Positions 18,095 through 28,321 of a DNA stretch of 62,634 nt are shown in pieces. Position 1 is the stretch's first letter; the number at the start of each line of letters is the position of its first letter. Where the stretch lies: NCBI GenBank assembly GCA_018667575.1, contig JABIUA010000017.1, positions 1-62,634 of the forward strand, written 5' to 3'. The position numbers and the translations under genes are program-made. The notes under the pieces are model-generated. The model made no database searches, was not told where the DNA came from, and saw only the letters and a list, made by a program, of their open reading frames with translations. Origin of the DNA: Methanobacteriota archaeon. Lineage in GTDB: Archaea > Thermoplasmatota > Poseidoniia > Poseidoniales > Poseidoniaceae.

Positions 18095-19219
18095 GTGGAG
18101 ATTGTGGCCAAGGTAATAGTTGCTGATGAAAACGAAGGCAGGCGTACATTGTTAGCAAACACTCTGGAAAGAGAAGGTTTTGATATCACCCGAGCCGGTA
18201 CATTGAGGCAAGCAGAAGGTACTGCATTAGCGATAATGCCAGAAATTGTTTTGATGGATGGGGACTGGAAATCTGGTGATGCTATCGATGCCTCACAACG
18301 TCTTATGTCAGACCCTGAATTTGCGTTTAAATGTCGAATAGTTATCCTTTCAAGGAGTTCTGGTCAAGAGTATCTCACTTCAGCCGCACAAGCTGGAGTC
18401 TCAGAAGTAATTACAAAGCCGATTGATATGTCATTGTTAATCGAACAACTAAACAAACATGCTCGTAAGCAGTTTGTACCTCCTCCTGCAGAGGTGGCAG
18501 GGCCAAATAGTGGAGGTGGTAGTTTTGATGTTTCCATGCTTATGGGCGATTCCACATGGGCATTACCTATGCTGAAAGGTTTGGTAAGTCCAGAAAAAAT
18601 AAATCCAGGATTCATTGATGAAATTTTAGTTCAAATGGATGAAGAAGGATTAGAAGTCAACGACACATTTGATACATCAATGATGGCGAATATGCTTAGA
18701 ATTGCACTCAATCACCTTGTTCAAGATGTCTCTCCTGAAGATATACCTACAGAAACGATACCGACTCAAGAAGGTGATACATCTCAACAGAAGGAAGAAT
18801 TGCCTTCATTTGGAAATATGTCACGTGGAAGAACACTTGGTAGTGGTTCTGGCCCTTCTAAACCGAGGAAACCTCGGATGACTTCTATGGAAGAAATTCT
18901 AGAGAAACAAGCAGATTCAATTGGTGATGAAGTAGTTTCGAAAATGGATGAAATCTTAGATGAAATGCCTGATTTAGTGGCATTGAATAGAGATGAAGAT
19001 TTATTTGGAATAGATTTAGAGGTATTAAAATTAACAAAATTGACCACAGAAGTGGTTCATGATTTGATGTGGAATCTAGGAAGACCCGGGGCAGTATCGG
19101 ATGTAACTTTGATTACTCAAATAGAAGATGCAGCACAGATGTTATCAGATGTTTTGGATGCTTTACCAGAGGTAGAAGATGAGACTGAGGGCAAAGAGAA
19201 TAATTCTGAAGAGGAATGA
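18095..19219 (+). CDS. Response-regulator receiver domain protein with acidic C-terminal region
   Basis: VIVADE, IVLMD (phospho-Asp), VILS, ITKP. Confidence 0.8.
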   Translation: MEIVAKVIVADENEGRRTLLANTLEREGFDITRAGTLRQAEGTALAIMPEIVLMDGDWKSGDAIDASQRLMSDPEFAFKCRIVILSRSSGQEYLTSAAQAGVSEVITKPIDMSLLIEQLNKHARKQFVPPPAEVAGPNSGGGSFDVSMLMGDSTWALPMLKGLVSPEKINPGFIDEILVQMDEEGLEVNDTFDTSMMANMLRIALNHLVQDVSPEDIPTETIPTQEGDTSQQKEELPSFGNMSRGRTLGSGSGPSKPRKPRMTSMEEILEKQADSIGDEVVSKMDEILDEMPDLVALNRDEDLFGIDLEVLKLTKLTTEVVHDLMWNLGRPGAVSDVTLITQIEDAAQMLSDVLDALPEVEDETEGKENNSEEE

Positions 19220-19956
19220 GAGCAATGTCATTACTTAAGCAGGATAAGATTACTATTGACGATAGTAAAGTTGTGAAATTGAGGCTTGCTCTCAGCATCG
19301 CTATTTTTATTGTTTGGTCTGTAATAATTATCTGGATATTCCAAGACATCTCTTTCTTCTTGGAGTGGTTTGAAGATCTCGGTGCACTCGCTCCAATACT
19401 TTTCACATTGATGTTAATTACAGGTGTTATAATTCTTGCACCCACACCTATAATGAAAGTGACAGCAGGTGCATTATTTCCTTATTGGATTGCAGTTGCC
19501 ATTAATTTTACCGCTTCGATAGTTGGAGGACTACTTGCTTTTCTACTTGGAAGGTGGCTTTTTAGAGAGTCGATAGCCAAAACAGTGGCCAGTGATAAGC
19601 GACTTCAAAATATCGAGACAGCCATCGGCGAAGAAGCCATGAGAATTTCAGTTTTGGTTAGATTATCTCCGCTAATACCTGATGAATGGCTAAATTACAT
19701 CATGGCATCTGGTCCGGTTACCTCAAGGATTTTCTTTATGTCTAATCTTTCAAGTATAGTTTATTCTCTCGCTTATGCTTACTTCGGACACGCTGTTGGT
19801 AAAATCGCATTGAGTTCTAATGGTATGGATGGCTTCAAACAATCTCCTTTAGGCCTAGCATTATTGATTATGGGTCTTGTAGCAACAGTATTTGCAACTA
19901 TTATAGTGACTAAGGTTACAATGAAGGCTCTAAATAATGCCATCGAAGAAGAATGA
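19216..19956 (+). CDS. TVP38/TMEM64 (DedA/VTT) family membrane protein
   Basis: AGALF, AFLLGRWLFR, LVRLSPLIP..LNY. Confidence 0.9.
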   Translation: MRAMSLLKQDKITIDDSKVVKLRLALSIAIFIVWSVIIIWIFQDISFFLEWFEDLGALAPILFTLMLITGVIILAPTPIMKVTAGALFPYWIAVAINFTASIVGGLLAFLLGRWLFRESIAKTVASDKRLQNIETAIGEEAMRISVLVRLSPLIPDEWLNYIMASGPVTSRIFFMSNLSSIVYSLAYAYFGHAVGKIALSSNGMDGFKQSPLGLALLIMGLVATVFATIIVTKVTMKALNNAIEEE

Positions 19957-20006
19957 TAGTTAAAATCTCCCGTTGCGTTTGTATGTAGGCTACATGTGGG
20001 GCTGCT

Positions 20007-22607
20007 ATGGCCCAAGGTGAAGCACCCGAGATTTTCGGATTGGATTGGTCTCCTAGTGGGCCATTGAAGTTTGTACAACCGCTTCATAGCGACGCTGCGC
20101 GCCAAGAAGTTCTTCTGTTTATTGCTCAAAGGCATGAATCGAGAATTGCTCTGGTCTGTGATATTTGGGATCATGTTATTGAATCAGAGCCTAAACAATT
20201 TGAAGGCCCCTCTTGGAATAAATTCAGTAGTAGACTACTCGAGTCATTAGAAAGGGCTGTTATTGCTCAAATAGAGGAAAAAATGGAAAAGGAAAAAGAT
20301 ATGGAAGTAATTCCTCGTCGTAATCTCTCACAATATGTTCAGCGTAGAGCGTCACATTTCATAGTCGATGTGAAACTTATGCTTAGGAGACTTGCTCACT
20401 ACATGTCGGTTACTATTGAGCAAAGAATGGAATGGCAAAGATTGATGACCCGTACCAGATATCTAGATGAAGTACTGAAAGATATTTATTCTGATGGAAT
20501 TGAAACACCTGATGGTTCTAAATTTGGTGGTAAAGGATTTCGTTCAACTTGGCAAGAAGGTGTTGTTGCGGTTGCTACAGCACTAGAAAGAGACCTAAAT
20601 GCAGATGCCAATGCAACTCCAGGGAATGGTTACGATGGAGATTTGGTTGCTCCTATGATTCGAGATGTAGGACTTGCACTAGCAATGGGAGATACTCCAA
20701 TTGGAGTTATGTCGGCAAACTTAGGAAAGGTTGGTTCTAATCAAAATGGCGGATGGGAAGATGCTGGTGGAAGGGATTTACATATCGGTGCTTGGAATGT
20801 TGGGGTTTTGCCACCTACTGCCCCCCTGCCAATTGCAAGCGTCACCATGACTGGTCTAGCATTTGCGGCTTGGAGAAAGAATCTAGAAAGATTTCATGTC
20901 GCATGTATTGGAGAAGGTGCCTCTTCTTCAGGAGAGTTCTGGGAAGCAATGAATTTTGCAGGTACAAGAGGACTTCCCATCACTTACATACTTCAAAACA
21001 ATCAGATTGCATTGGACACATCTCCTAAGAATCAATCCGGAGTCGAGGTTTGGGCAGATAAGGCAGTGGCAATGGGATTCCCAAGTTGGACTATCGATGG
21101 CTCAGACCCGGCGGCTTGGCATGCTAGTGTTGCTTGTGCTCGTGAATTTTCTTTAGAAGGCGGAGGACCGACGTTAATTCATGTTGAAACTATGAGAGGC
21201 TGTGGCCATGCCCATCATCATGATGATTTGTATTTGGGGAGTCAGTCAGGAACTCCTCCAGGCTATGTAGACAGAGACTTACTTACATACTGGGAAGCCA
21301 AGGATCCCTTGCCAACTCATAGAGAATTGTTGCTAAACCTTGGTGTTGATGAACAACAGATAATCGATATTGAGGATGAAGAAAAGTCTCTTATTGAACA
21401 AGACCATAAGATTCTATTGGAAATGGACTGGCCAAAACCAGAAACAGTAACCAAGGGAGTTACTACCCTTAATGATGCAGATACCCATTCACAACACCTT
21501 GAAAGATTGAAAGGTAAAGAACACCAATTTTCTTCATCTCCCCTAGAGGCTGGTGAGTTGAGTATCCAGTATGCTCAATCCGGAGGATGGACATATGCAA
21601 GGGCAATTCAGCAAGCTATGGCTGATATCGCTGATAGATACGGAGATGATTGTGTCTTTATTGGTGAAGATATGGAAGTCGCTGGTGCATTTGGTATGAA
21701 TATCTCTTTGAAGAATGCAGGGCACTCAGATAAATTGGTAGATATGCCGCTTTGTGAAGCTGTAATTGTCCATACAGGAACTGGAGCAGCTTTATCTGGT
21801 ATGCGCCCAATGGTTGAAATTCAGTTTGGCGGATTTGCCGCTTTAGGATATAATGCGATGATAAATAATGCCGCAATGCTTCGATGGCGTTGGGGTGCTG
21901 ATTGTCCAATGACGATTAGAATTCCACTCGGCGCCAAAACTCGTTCGGGACCTTTCCACGCCAATATGATAGAATCATGGTTCGCTAACGACCCTGGATT
22001 GATTGTTCTTGCACCAGGAACTCCTCAAGATGCTTATGACCTTCTTGTAGAGGCTGCAGAGTTGAACGACCCTGTGATTATGTTAGAACACATTGGGTTA
22101 TACGGACTTAGAGGGGGATTAACAGGTTGGGGTCAAAATATTAATCAAAAAGTTGATACCAAATCTGTTAACGATTCAATAGAGAAAAAAGAACGCTATA
22201 AAATTGGTAAGGCTGAAGTTATTCGTGGAGGGAGAGATGTCACTTTGGTCACTTGGGGTGCTATGGTTCATGTTGCGATACAAGCAGCCGAAGAAATGAG
22301 TAAACAGGATATTGAAGTTGAGATTATTGATTTAAGGACGCTATTACCTTTTGATTCTCAAACTTGTATAGATTCAGTGATTAGGACTGGAAGGCTAGTT
22401 GTTCTACAAGAGGGTCAATGGAACGGTGGATTAGGGCATACAATCCAAAGTCGAATTTTAGAATCATGTTTCTATGCTTTAGAATCTACTCCCGCTGTAA
22501 TAGGCGCTCTTGATACACCAGTTCCGTTTTCGCCACCGCTAGAAGATCATACAGTTCCATCGATGGAGCATATAATCGATGTTTTATCAGTAGTTGTGAA
22601 TTCTTAA
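20007..22607 (+). CDS. 2-oxoacid dehydrogenase E1, fused alpha+beta, with N-terminal extension
   Basis: TPP motif GEGASSSGEFWEAMN...NN; beta subunit GEDM, D.PL.E, EIQF, GPFHA, IDLRTLLP. Confidence 0.88.
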   Translation: MAQGEAPEIFGLDWSPSGPLKFVQPLHSDAARQEVLLFIAQRHESRIALVCDIWDHVIESEPKQFEGPSWNKFSSRLLESLERAVIAQIEEKMEKEKDMEVIPRRNLSQYVQRRASHFIVDVKLMLRRLAHYMSVTIEQRMEWQRLMTRTRYLDEVLKDIYSDGIETPDGSKFGGKGFRSTWQEGVVAVATALERDLNADANATPGNGYDGDLVAPMIRDVGLALAMGDTPIGVMSANLGKVGSNQNGGWEDAGGRDLHIGAWNVGVLPPTAPLPIASVTMTGLAFAAWRKNLERFHVACIGEGASSSGEFWEAMNFAGTRGLPITYILQNNQIALDTSPKNQSGVEVWADKAVAMGFPSWTIDGSDPAAWHASVACAREFSLEGGGPTLIHVETMRGCGHAHHHDDLYLGSQSGTPPGYVDRDLLTYWEAKDPLPTHRELLLNLGVDEQQIIDIEDEEKSLIEQDHKILLEMDWPKPETVTKGVTTLNDADTHSQHLERLKGKEHQFSSSPLEAGELSIQYAQSGGWTYARAIQQAMADIADRYGDDCVFIGEDMEVAGAFGMNISLKNAGHSDKLVDMPLCEAVIVHTGTGAALSGMRPMVEIQFGGFAALGYNAMINNAAMLRWRWGADCPMTIRIPLGAKTRSGPFHANMIESWFANDPGLIVLAPGTPQDAYDLLVEAAELNDPVIMLEHIGLYGLRGGLTGWGQNINQKVDTKSVNDSIEKKERYKIGKAEVIRGGRDVTLVTWGAMVHVAIQAAEEMSKQDIEVEIIDLRTLLPFDSQTCIDSVIRTGRLVVLQEGQWNGGLGHTIQSRILESCFYALESTPAVIGALDTPVPFSPPLEDHTVPSMEHIIDVLSVVVNS

Positions 22608-22924
22608 TTCTCAACTATTTTTTGTATCTTAAAACTTTGTCCATAGTGGCCCCAGTTTACTGAACCAGGTTCTGTAAAAATGAAATATTTAGTTTGAAAT
22701 TCCTTACCTAATTCAGGATGCTTTTTTTCCAATAAAATATTAATTCTTGTACTATATCCTCCAAGACACCCTACGCAGGCAATACCCTTGATATCATCCA
22801 CTAGTACTGGATGTCTTTCAGATAATTGCTTTGGAGGGTTTTCATCAAATGGATTTATATCGTCTTCCAAAGATAGATTCTCTTCAGTAGCAGGAACAGT
22901 TCGGTAATTATTTTTAGTAGTCAT
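22604..22924 (-). CDS. Hypothetical protein
   Basis: 106-aa ORF filling the gap between convergent genes; contains CVGC. Confidence 0.55.
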   Translation of the reverse strand: MTTKNNYRTVPATEENLSLEDDINPFDENPPKQLSERHPVLVDDIKGIACVGCLGGYSTRINILLEKKHPELGKEFQTKYFIFTEPGSVNWGHYGQSFKIQKIVEN

Positions 22925-23014
22925 AAGGAGTAATAATGTCGAGGTAATATAAACAATCTCATGCTAAGTAAATTAGCAAATAATATTGGGGTTTTATTCA
23001 TTTACCTGTGACCT

Positions 23015-24208
23015 TTGGCAGAAGCCATGAGGGACTACCGTATTGCGATTTTGCCCGGTGATGGAACAGGACGGGAAGTGGCTCTTGAGGCGTCCAAGAT
23101 ACTCGACACTATAGCTGCTAATACCAACTTTGGTTTTGAGCAAATGGAAATAGCATGCGGCGGTCAATTATACAAGGAGACTGGTAAAGAATGGGAAGAA
23201 GGCTCATTTGAATTGTGTCGCGATGAAGCAGATGCGGTTTTCCTTGGAGCGATAGGCCACCCTGGTTCCTATTTACCGAATGGAGATTTAGCCGGTGGTT
23301 CAGTAATTCTAGGCATGAGAAGCGGTCTTGACTTGTATGCAAACGTCAGACCAGTGAAACTATTCCAAGGAGTGCTTCACAAGGTTCACGGTAGGTTTAC
23401 ACAAATTTGGCAACCAGACATGGTTGATATGACAATTCTTAGAGAAAATACAGAAGGATTGTATTATTCATTATTGAAGAGAGCGTCCAATAGAGCACAA
23501 GGCTTGGAAGATTATACTATTCCAGATATGGAATTCCCAGATTTGAAGGGAGAAGTTGCGTATGACCCAAGGCCTATCTCTTCTCATGGTACAGAAAGAC
23601 TAGTAAAGATGGGATTTGATATTGCTCAAACAAGAAATGGGGCTCCAGCAGATGGAGTAAGTAAGGTTTCATGTATCGATAAGAGTAACGTTACCCGTGG
23701 TTGCCAATTATTTAGAAGAACATTTGATCAAGTTGCTAGTAACTATCCATCAATAACTACTGACTATGGATACATTGATGCATTCACTCAATGGATTACA
23801 AGAAACCCCGAGCATTACGATGTCGTTGTCACTTCCAATATGTTTGGAGATATTGCAACTGATTTAGCATCTATTTTACAAGGTGGAATGGGAATGGCAG
23901 GTTCCGGAAATATAGGAGATGACCACGCGTTTTTCGAACCTGTTCATGGTTCTTCACCAAAATATGCTGGCATGAATAAGGTCAATCCTATCGCTTCCAT
24001 CAATTCGATTCAAATGATGACTGACTGGTTGGGTCGCAGAAATCAAGACGAGAAGTTACTAGAGGTTTCCAAACTTATTGAGCAGAGTGTGGAAGACCAT
24101 CTTAAGGAAGGCAAAATGTTGACCTATGATCTGGGTGGAAATGCATCATGTAGTGATGTTGGTGATGCTATTGCTAGTACATTAGCAGCAAAGTTATCAG
24201 AACTTTGA
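23015..24208 (+). CDS. Isocitrate/isopropylmalate dehydrogenase family protein
   Basis: LPGDGTGREV, LYANVRP, RENTEGLY, DKSNV, NMFGDI, FEPVHGSSP. Confidence 0.92.
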   Translation: MAEAMRDYRIAILPGDGTGREVALEASKILDTIAANTNFGFEQMEIACGGQLYKETGKEWEEGSFELCRDEADAVFLGAIGHPGSYLPNGDLAGGSVILGMRSGLDLYANVRPVKLFQGVLHKVHGRFTQIWQPDMVDMTILRENTEGLYYSLLKRASNRAQGLEDYTIPDMEFPDLKGEVAYDPRPISSHGTERLVKMGFDIAQTRNGAPADGVSKVSCIDKSNVTRGCQLFRRTFDQVASNYPSITTDYGYIDAFTQWITRNPEHYDVVVTSNMFGDIATDLASILQGGMGMAGSGNIGDDHAFFEPVHGSSPKYAGMNKVNPIASINSIQMMTDWLGRRNQDEKLLEVSKLIEQSVEDHLKEGKMLTYDLGGNASCSDVGDAIASTLAAKLSEL

Positions 24209-24210
24209 AA

Positions 24211-24465
24211 CTAGAATTTCTGCTTGACTGTCACCGAGGAAGTGTTTTCCAAGTCGATAATCTCGTCTTCTTCCTCAACAATAACTTCTATCTCATCTTC
24301 TGCTTGTGAACGTGAGCCTTTCTTTACCTCTAATTTAGAGATTTGAGTTTGAAGAAGTTCAAATTCAATTTCAAGGTCTTCCATGATGTCTCTAACGGTT
24401 TCCATTTGGCCGTTAATTCTTGAAGCGAGTTTTTTCATCTTTCTCAAGACGCGCTTTTCGGACAT
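24211..24465 (-). CDS. Small coiled-coil hypothetical protein
   Basis: 84 aa with heptad pattern and acidic tail. Confidence 0.6.
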   Translation of the reverse strand: MSEKRVLRKMKKLASRINGQMETVRDIMEDLEIEFELLQTQISKLEVKKGSRSQAEDEIEVIVEEEDEIIDLENTSSVTVKQKF

Positions 24466-24513
24466 AAATCCCCTATTGGCCGGTCATTTATCAATTGATA
24501 CCCTATGAAATAT

Positions 24514-25125
24514 TCAATTATCACTTGATTTTTTAATTAAGTTATGACAATGCGAAGCGAGTACTGCGCCTATAATTGTCGAAACGAAATAAATTGGAAT
24601 TGAACTTATTTGTCCAGAAATAATATTCGGCCCGAATGTCCTTGCAGGATTCATAGATGCTCCTGTAAATGAACCAAAAAGGAATGCTAATACCGCGACA
24701 ACTGATCCAACCCATAACGCGACTATTCGGGTATCATCGGTTTTGAAAATAATGAAATAAATACTAAGCATTAGTAAAAAGGTGATAATGATTTCAATAA
24801 AAATCCCCATTCCTATATTTACATTGAAATCGGTATATCCATACTGGCCAATCATTGAAGCTCCCACTAAAGCACCTAAAAGTTGTGCTAAAATATAGGG
24901 CAGTAAGGCCTTTCTTTCTAAGTGCCCAGTTCTATAGAATGCTATGCTAACTGCGGGATTTATATGGGCTCCACTAGTGTTTCGTAAAAGAAGTATGGCA
25001 ATAAAGACAGCCGCTCCAAAAGTAAAAGAAATCCATAAACTGGACCATTCTAATTTGATACTTAGGCAGCCCAATGAAACCATCATCCCGGTTCCTAAAA
25101 ATTCCGCACCCAAGCGCTTGAGCAT
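24514..25125 (-). CDS. MIP family channel (aquaporin)
   Basis: AEFLGT, SGAHINPAVS, GASMNPART (two NPA motifs). Confidence 0.93.
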   Translation of the reverse strand: MLKRLGAEFLGTGMMVSLGCLSIKLEWSSLWISFTFGAAVFIAILLLRNTSGAHINPAVSIAFYRTGHLERKALLPYILAQLLGALVGASMIGQYGYTDFNVNIGMGIFIEIIITFLLMLSIYFIIFKTDDTRIVALWVGSVVAVLAFLFGSFTGASMNPARTFGPNIISGQISSIPIYFVSTIIGAVLASHCHNLIKKSSDN

Positions 25126-25217
25126 GGTCTTGGGTCTCGAATCCGTTTAATGCCTTTTTCTAAAGATTCTAACATTTCCATAATAACCGTGAATAAGTAA
25201 GCCTACTTCGTTAAGCC

Positions 25218-26336
25218 ATGGGCGAGGGTCAGAAAGAGATGGGAATCCCCCAACTTTTACAATTCAACACCCTTCTTATCTTAGCAGCCCTATTTATCGG
25301 GATTATTGGAAGTCAGGCATTATCCTCTAATTATGGTTCCAATAGTTTCCCAATTACTCTGTTTATTTTAGCCTTAGCACTAAGTTTGCTTGTTGTTTCT
25401 GCGGATTTCTTTATCGAGGGTGCTAAAGGATTAGCAAGAAGAGGGGGAATTCCCGAAGTTGTCATTGGCCTAACTATTGTTTCCATCGGAACTTCTCTAC
25501 CTGAAATACTGGTTACGAGTACAGCAGCAATGGATTCCTCAACAAATCCAGAGATTGCAGATTTTGCAATTGGGGGTATTCTTGGCTCAATTTTAGTTCA
25601 AATTACATTGATTCTTGGAATTGTCTCCTTGTCTCGAGGTTTAGAAATTAGACCTTCATGGCTTAGAAGAGATGGACAAGTTATGATGTTGTCTTTGTTA
25701 TTGCTTTCTTTATTCTTACTTACAGACTATAGTTTGTCACGTTTAGAAGGCGTTTTCCTCTCGTTTAGCTACTTCTTTTACATCACTTGGTTACTGTACA
25801 ATAGAAAAGTAATCCAAAAAGAAGAAGATGAAGGCAGAGAACACGAATTAAAAGGAATCAGTTGGACTGGTACAGCATATTTCGTCATGATACTAATCGG
25901 ACTATCATTAGCTGTTTTCGCCGCGCATCATCTGGTCGAATACGCCAGCGATATTGCTTACAAATTAAATGTCCCTCACTCGGTGATAGGTACAACTGTT
26001 TCAGGCCTTGGTACTTCATTACCAGAGTTAACAATTGCATTGATGGCTGCTAGGAAAAGCCAAGGTGTGGCAATTGGGACTCTAATCGGTTCAAATATCA
26101 CAGACCCATTACTTTCTATCGGTTCGGCTGCAATGGTTAGTCCATTGACAATAACGCCAGAGGGAGTTAATATGATTATTTACTTCATTCTTCCTTCTAC
26201 AGTTATCTGTACTTTAGCAGCGCTATTATTGATGCGTACTTCATTTAAATTCAAACGTTGGGAAGGTATGGTACTCATTACATTTTATCTAATTTTCTTA
26301 GCCTTATGTGAGTATCTAAGGCGCACAGGTTTCTGA
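25218..26336 (+). CDS. Calcium/sodium antiporter (CaCA, YrbG-like)
   Basis: Two GTSLPE alpha-repeats; GSNI. Confidence 0.92.
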   Translation: MGEGQKEMGIPQLLQFNTLLILAALFIGIIGSQALSSNYGSNSFPITLFILALALSLLVVSADFFIEGAKGLARRGGIPEVVIGLTIVSIGTSLPEILVTSTAAMDSSTNPEIADFAIGGILGSILVQITLILGIVSLSRGLEIRPSWLRRDGQVMMLSLLLLSLFLLTDYSLSRLEGVFLSFSYFFYITWLLYNRKVIQKEEDEGREHELKGISWTGTAYFVMILIGLSLAVFAAHHLVEYASDIAYKLNVPHSVIGTTVSGLGTSLPELTIALMAARKSQGVAIGTLIGSNITDPLLSIGSAAMVSPLTITPEGVNMIIYFILPSTVICTLAALLLMRTSFKFKRWEGMVLITFYLIFLALCEYLRRTGF

Positions 26337-26386
26337 AATAAACTTTCAAACCATTAAATCTTAACCTACTCCCCCTTCGGCATTAC

Positions 26387-27535
26387 ATGGTCAACTTTCA
26401 GTTAGATGAAATGCAAGAGATGTTGAAGGAACTTGCACATGAATTTTCAGTTGAAGAAGTTAGACCACACGCTGAACATTGGGATAATGAGGCCTTATAT
26501 CCAAAAGAAGCCATTATGAAAGCCCATGAGATGGGATTATTGAATTTACATATTCCTGAAGCATACGGTGGGCCTGGTTTAGGTTGTATGGAAGAGGTAC
26601 TTGTCAATGAGGAATTAGCATGGGGTGACCCTGGTTTTGCTACGGCCGCATATGCAACTTCTCTAGCCTGCGCTCCAATAATCACTGGTGGTACAGAAAG
26701 TCAGAAGCAGAAATGGCTCGGCATGGTGGCAAAAGAGGGTGCATTAGCATCTTATGCGGTTACTGAGCCTGGAGCAGGTTCAGATGTTGCAGCGTGCAAG
26801 ACTACGGCAATTAGAGATGGAGAGCATTACATCATCAATGGAGAAAAAATGTGGATTACCGGTGCGGGACATTCTGACTTCTTTTTCGTTCTAGCAAAAA
26901 CAGACCCTGATGCAGGTTATCGTGGAATGTCAGGATTCATTGTCGAAAAAGACGCTGAAGGTTTTTCTTTAGGTAAGAAAGAAACCAATATGGGGCAGAG
27001 ATGTTCAGATACTAGATCAATAGTTTTCGATAATGTAAGAGTTCCTGCTGACCAGTTAATTGGAGAAACAGAATCCGGAGGATGGATGAATGCAATGAGG
27101 GCATTTGACTTAAGCAGACCAAATATTGCTGCTCATGCAACCGGTTTATCGCGAGCATCCTACGAGCATGCTCTACAGTACTCAAATGAGAGAATGACTT
27201 TTGGAAAGCCTTTACACAAGCATCAAGCAATACAATTTATGCTTGCAGATATGAAAACTAAGATCGAAGCTTCTCGAATGCTGACTTGGTTATCCGCATC
27301 ACAATCTGATTCAGATATCAAAAATACAGAATCAGCTGCACATGCTAAGAGGTTCGCTGCAGATACTGCAATGGAGGTTTCAACAGATGCTGTTCAGGTG
27401 TTTGGAGGGTATGGGTACTCAGAAGAATATCCAGTTTCGAGATTAATGAGGGGTGCTAAGGTAATGCAGATTTATGAAGGCTCCTCGCAGGTACAGAGGA
27501 TGATTATTGGAAGAGAGATAACTAAGGATTTCTAA
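26387..27535 (+). CDS. Acyl-CoA dehydrogenase
   Basis: YAVTEPGAGSD, NGEKMWIT, QVFGGYGY, IYEGSSQVQR. Confidence 0.95.
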   Translation: MVNFQLDEMQEMLKELAHEFSVEEVRPHAEHWDNEALYPKEAIMKAHEMGLLNLHIPEAYGGPGLGCMEEVLVNEELAWGDPGFATAAYATSLACAPIITGGTESQKQKWLGMVAKEGALASYAVTEPGAGSDVAACKTTAIRDGEHYIINGEKMWITGAGHSDFFFVLAKTDPDAGYRGMSGFIVEKDAEGFSLGKKETNMGQRCSDTRSIVFDNVRVPADQLIGETESGGWMNAMRAFDLSRPNIAAHATGLSRASYEHALQYSNERMTFGKPLHKHQAIQFMLADMKTKIEASRMLTWLSASQSDSDIKNTESAAHAKRFAADTAMEVSTDAVQVFGGYGYSEEYPVSRLMRGAKVMQIYEGSSQVQRMIIGREITKDF

Positions 27536-28275
27536 TCTTTTTTCTCTTCATGGCGCTTGTCATCCTGTCTTTCCCAAGTATCAATGTAATCTTCAACATC
27601 GAGTAAGTCCTTGTTGTCTATTTCTTGTTTTGCTTCATGAAGTCTATTTTGCCAATCAGTCCACATTTGTTCATCAATGTCGGGAAGATCTAGGTATTGT
27701 TCGTCAAAATTATTGAAAGGGGGATTTTCGCAAACATAATTTTCCTGCTCCTCATTAATCTCTTCTCTTCTCCAATCATCTGGCTCCTGCTGATAGAAAT
27801 CTTCCATATTTTGCATATCAATTTCGGTCATTATTCCTTCTTCTTGAAAAACAATTACTTCTTGGAGAAAATTCCTTTTACAAACTAGAAATTGGGCCAA
27901 TAGAGGAACACTCATTGCTGTTCTTCTATCGTTTCTCAAGGATAGTGCTAAGGATGCTAGTCTGTCTCCGATAGGCATTTTCTTGCCATGTCCATTAGTA
28001 TTGATACAAATATCAGCATTGAACTTATTATTACGAATTATATCATTCTTATTAGCGGCTCCTCTAACTTCAATATGCCAAATTTCAGTATCAAATGGGC
28101 TCAAAATGGCCTCATCCTTTAATTTGGCATGGGCGTGATACCAACGTCTTGATTCACCATTTATTCTCATTGAAATGTAGTTTGGTAGGCTGAAGTTTAC
28201 ATTTAGCCAATTATTTTCTTTAGCGATATCTCTTAGTAACTCTATTGAACGACTTTCAGGGTCTTGTTTGGCCAT
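27532..28275 (-). CDS. Hypothetical protein with acidic C-terminal half
   Basis: 247-aa ORF; no recognised motif. Confidence 0.6.
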   Translation of the reverse strand: MAKQDPESRSIELLRDIAKENNWLNVNFSLPNYISMRINGESRRWYHAHAKLKDEAILSPFDTEIWHIEVRGAANKNDIIRNNKFNADICINTNGHGKKMPIGDRLASLALSLRNDRRTAMSVPLLAQFLVCKRNFLQEVIVFQEEGIMTEIDMQNMEDFYQQEPDDWRREEINEEQENYVCENPPFNNFDEQYLDLPDIDEQMWTDWQNRLHEAKQEIDNKDLLDVEDYIDTWERQDDKRHEEKKD

Positions 28276-28321
28276 ATAATTTCAGTTTTTCAACACTTTA
28301 TTAAGGATTAACGATAGACAA

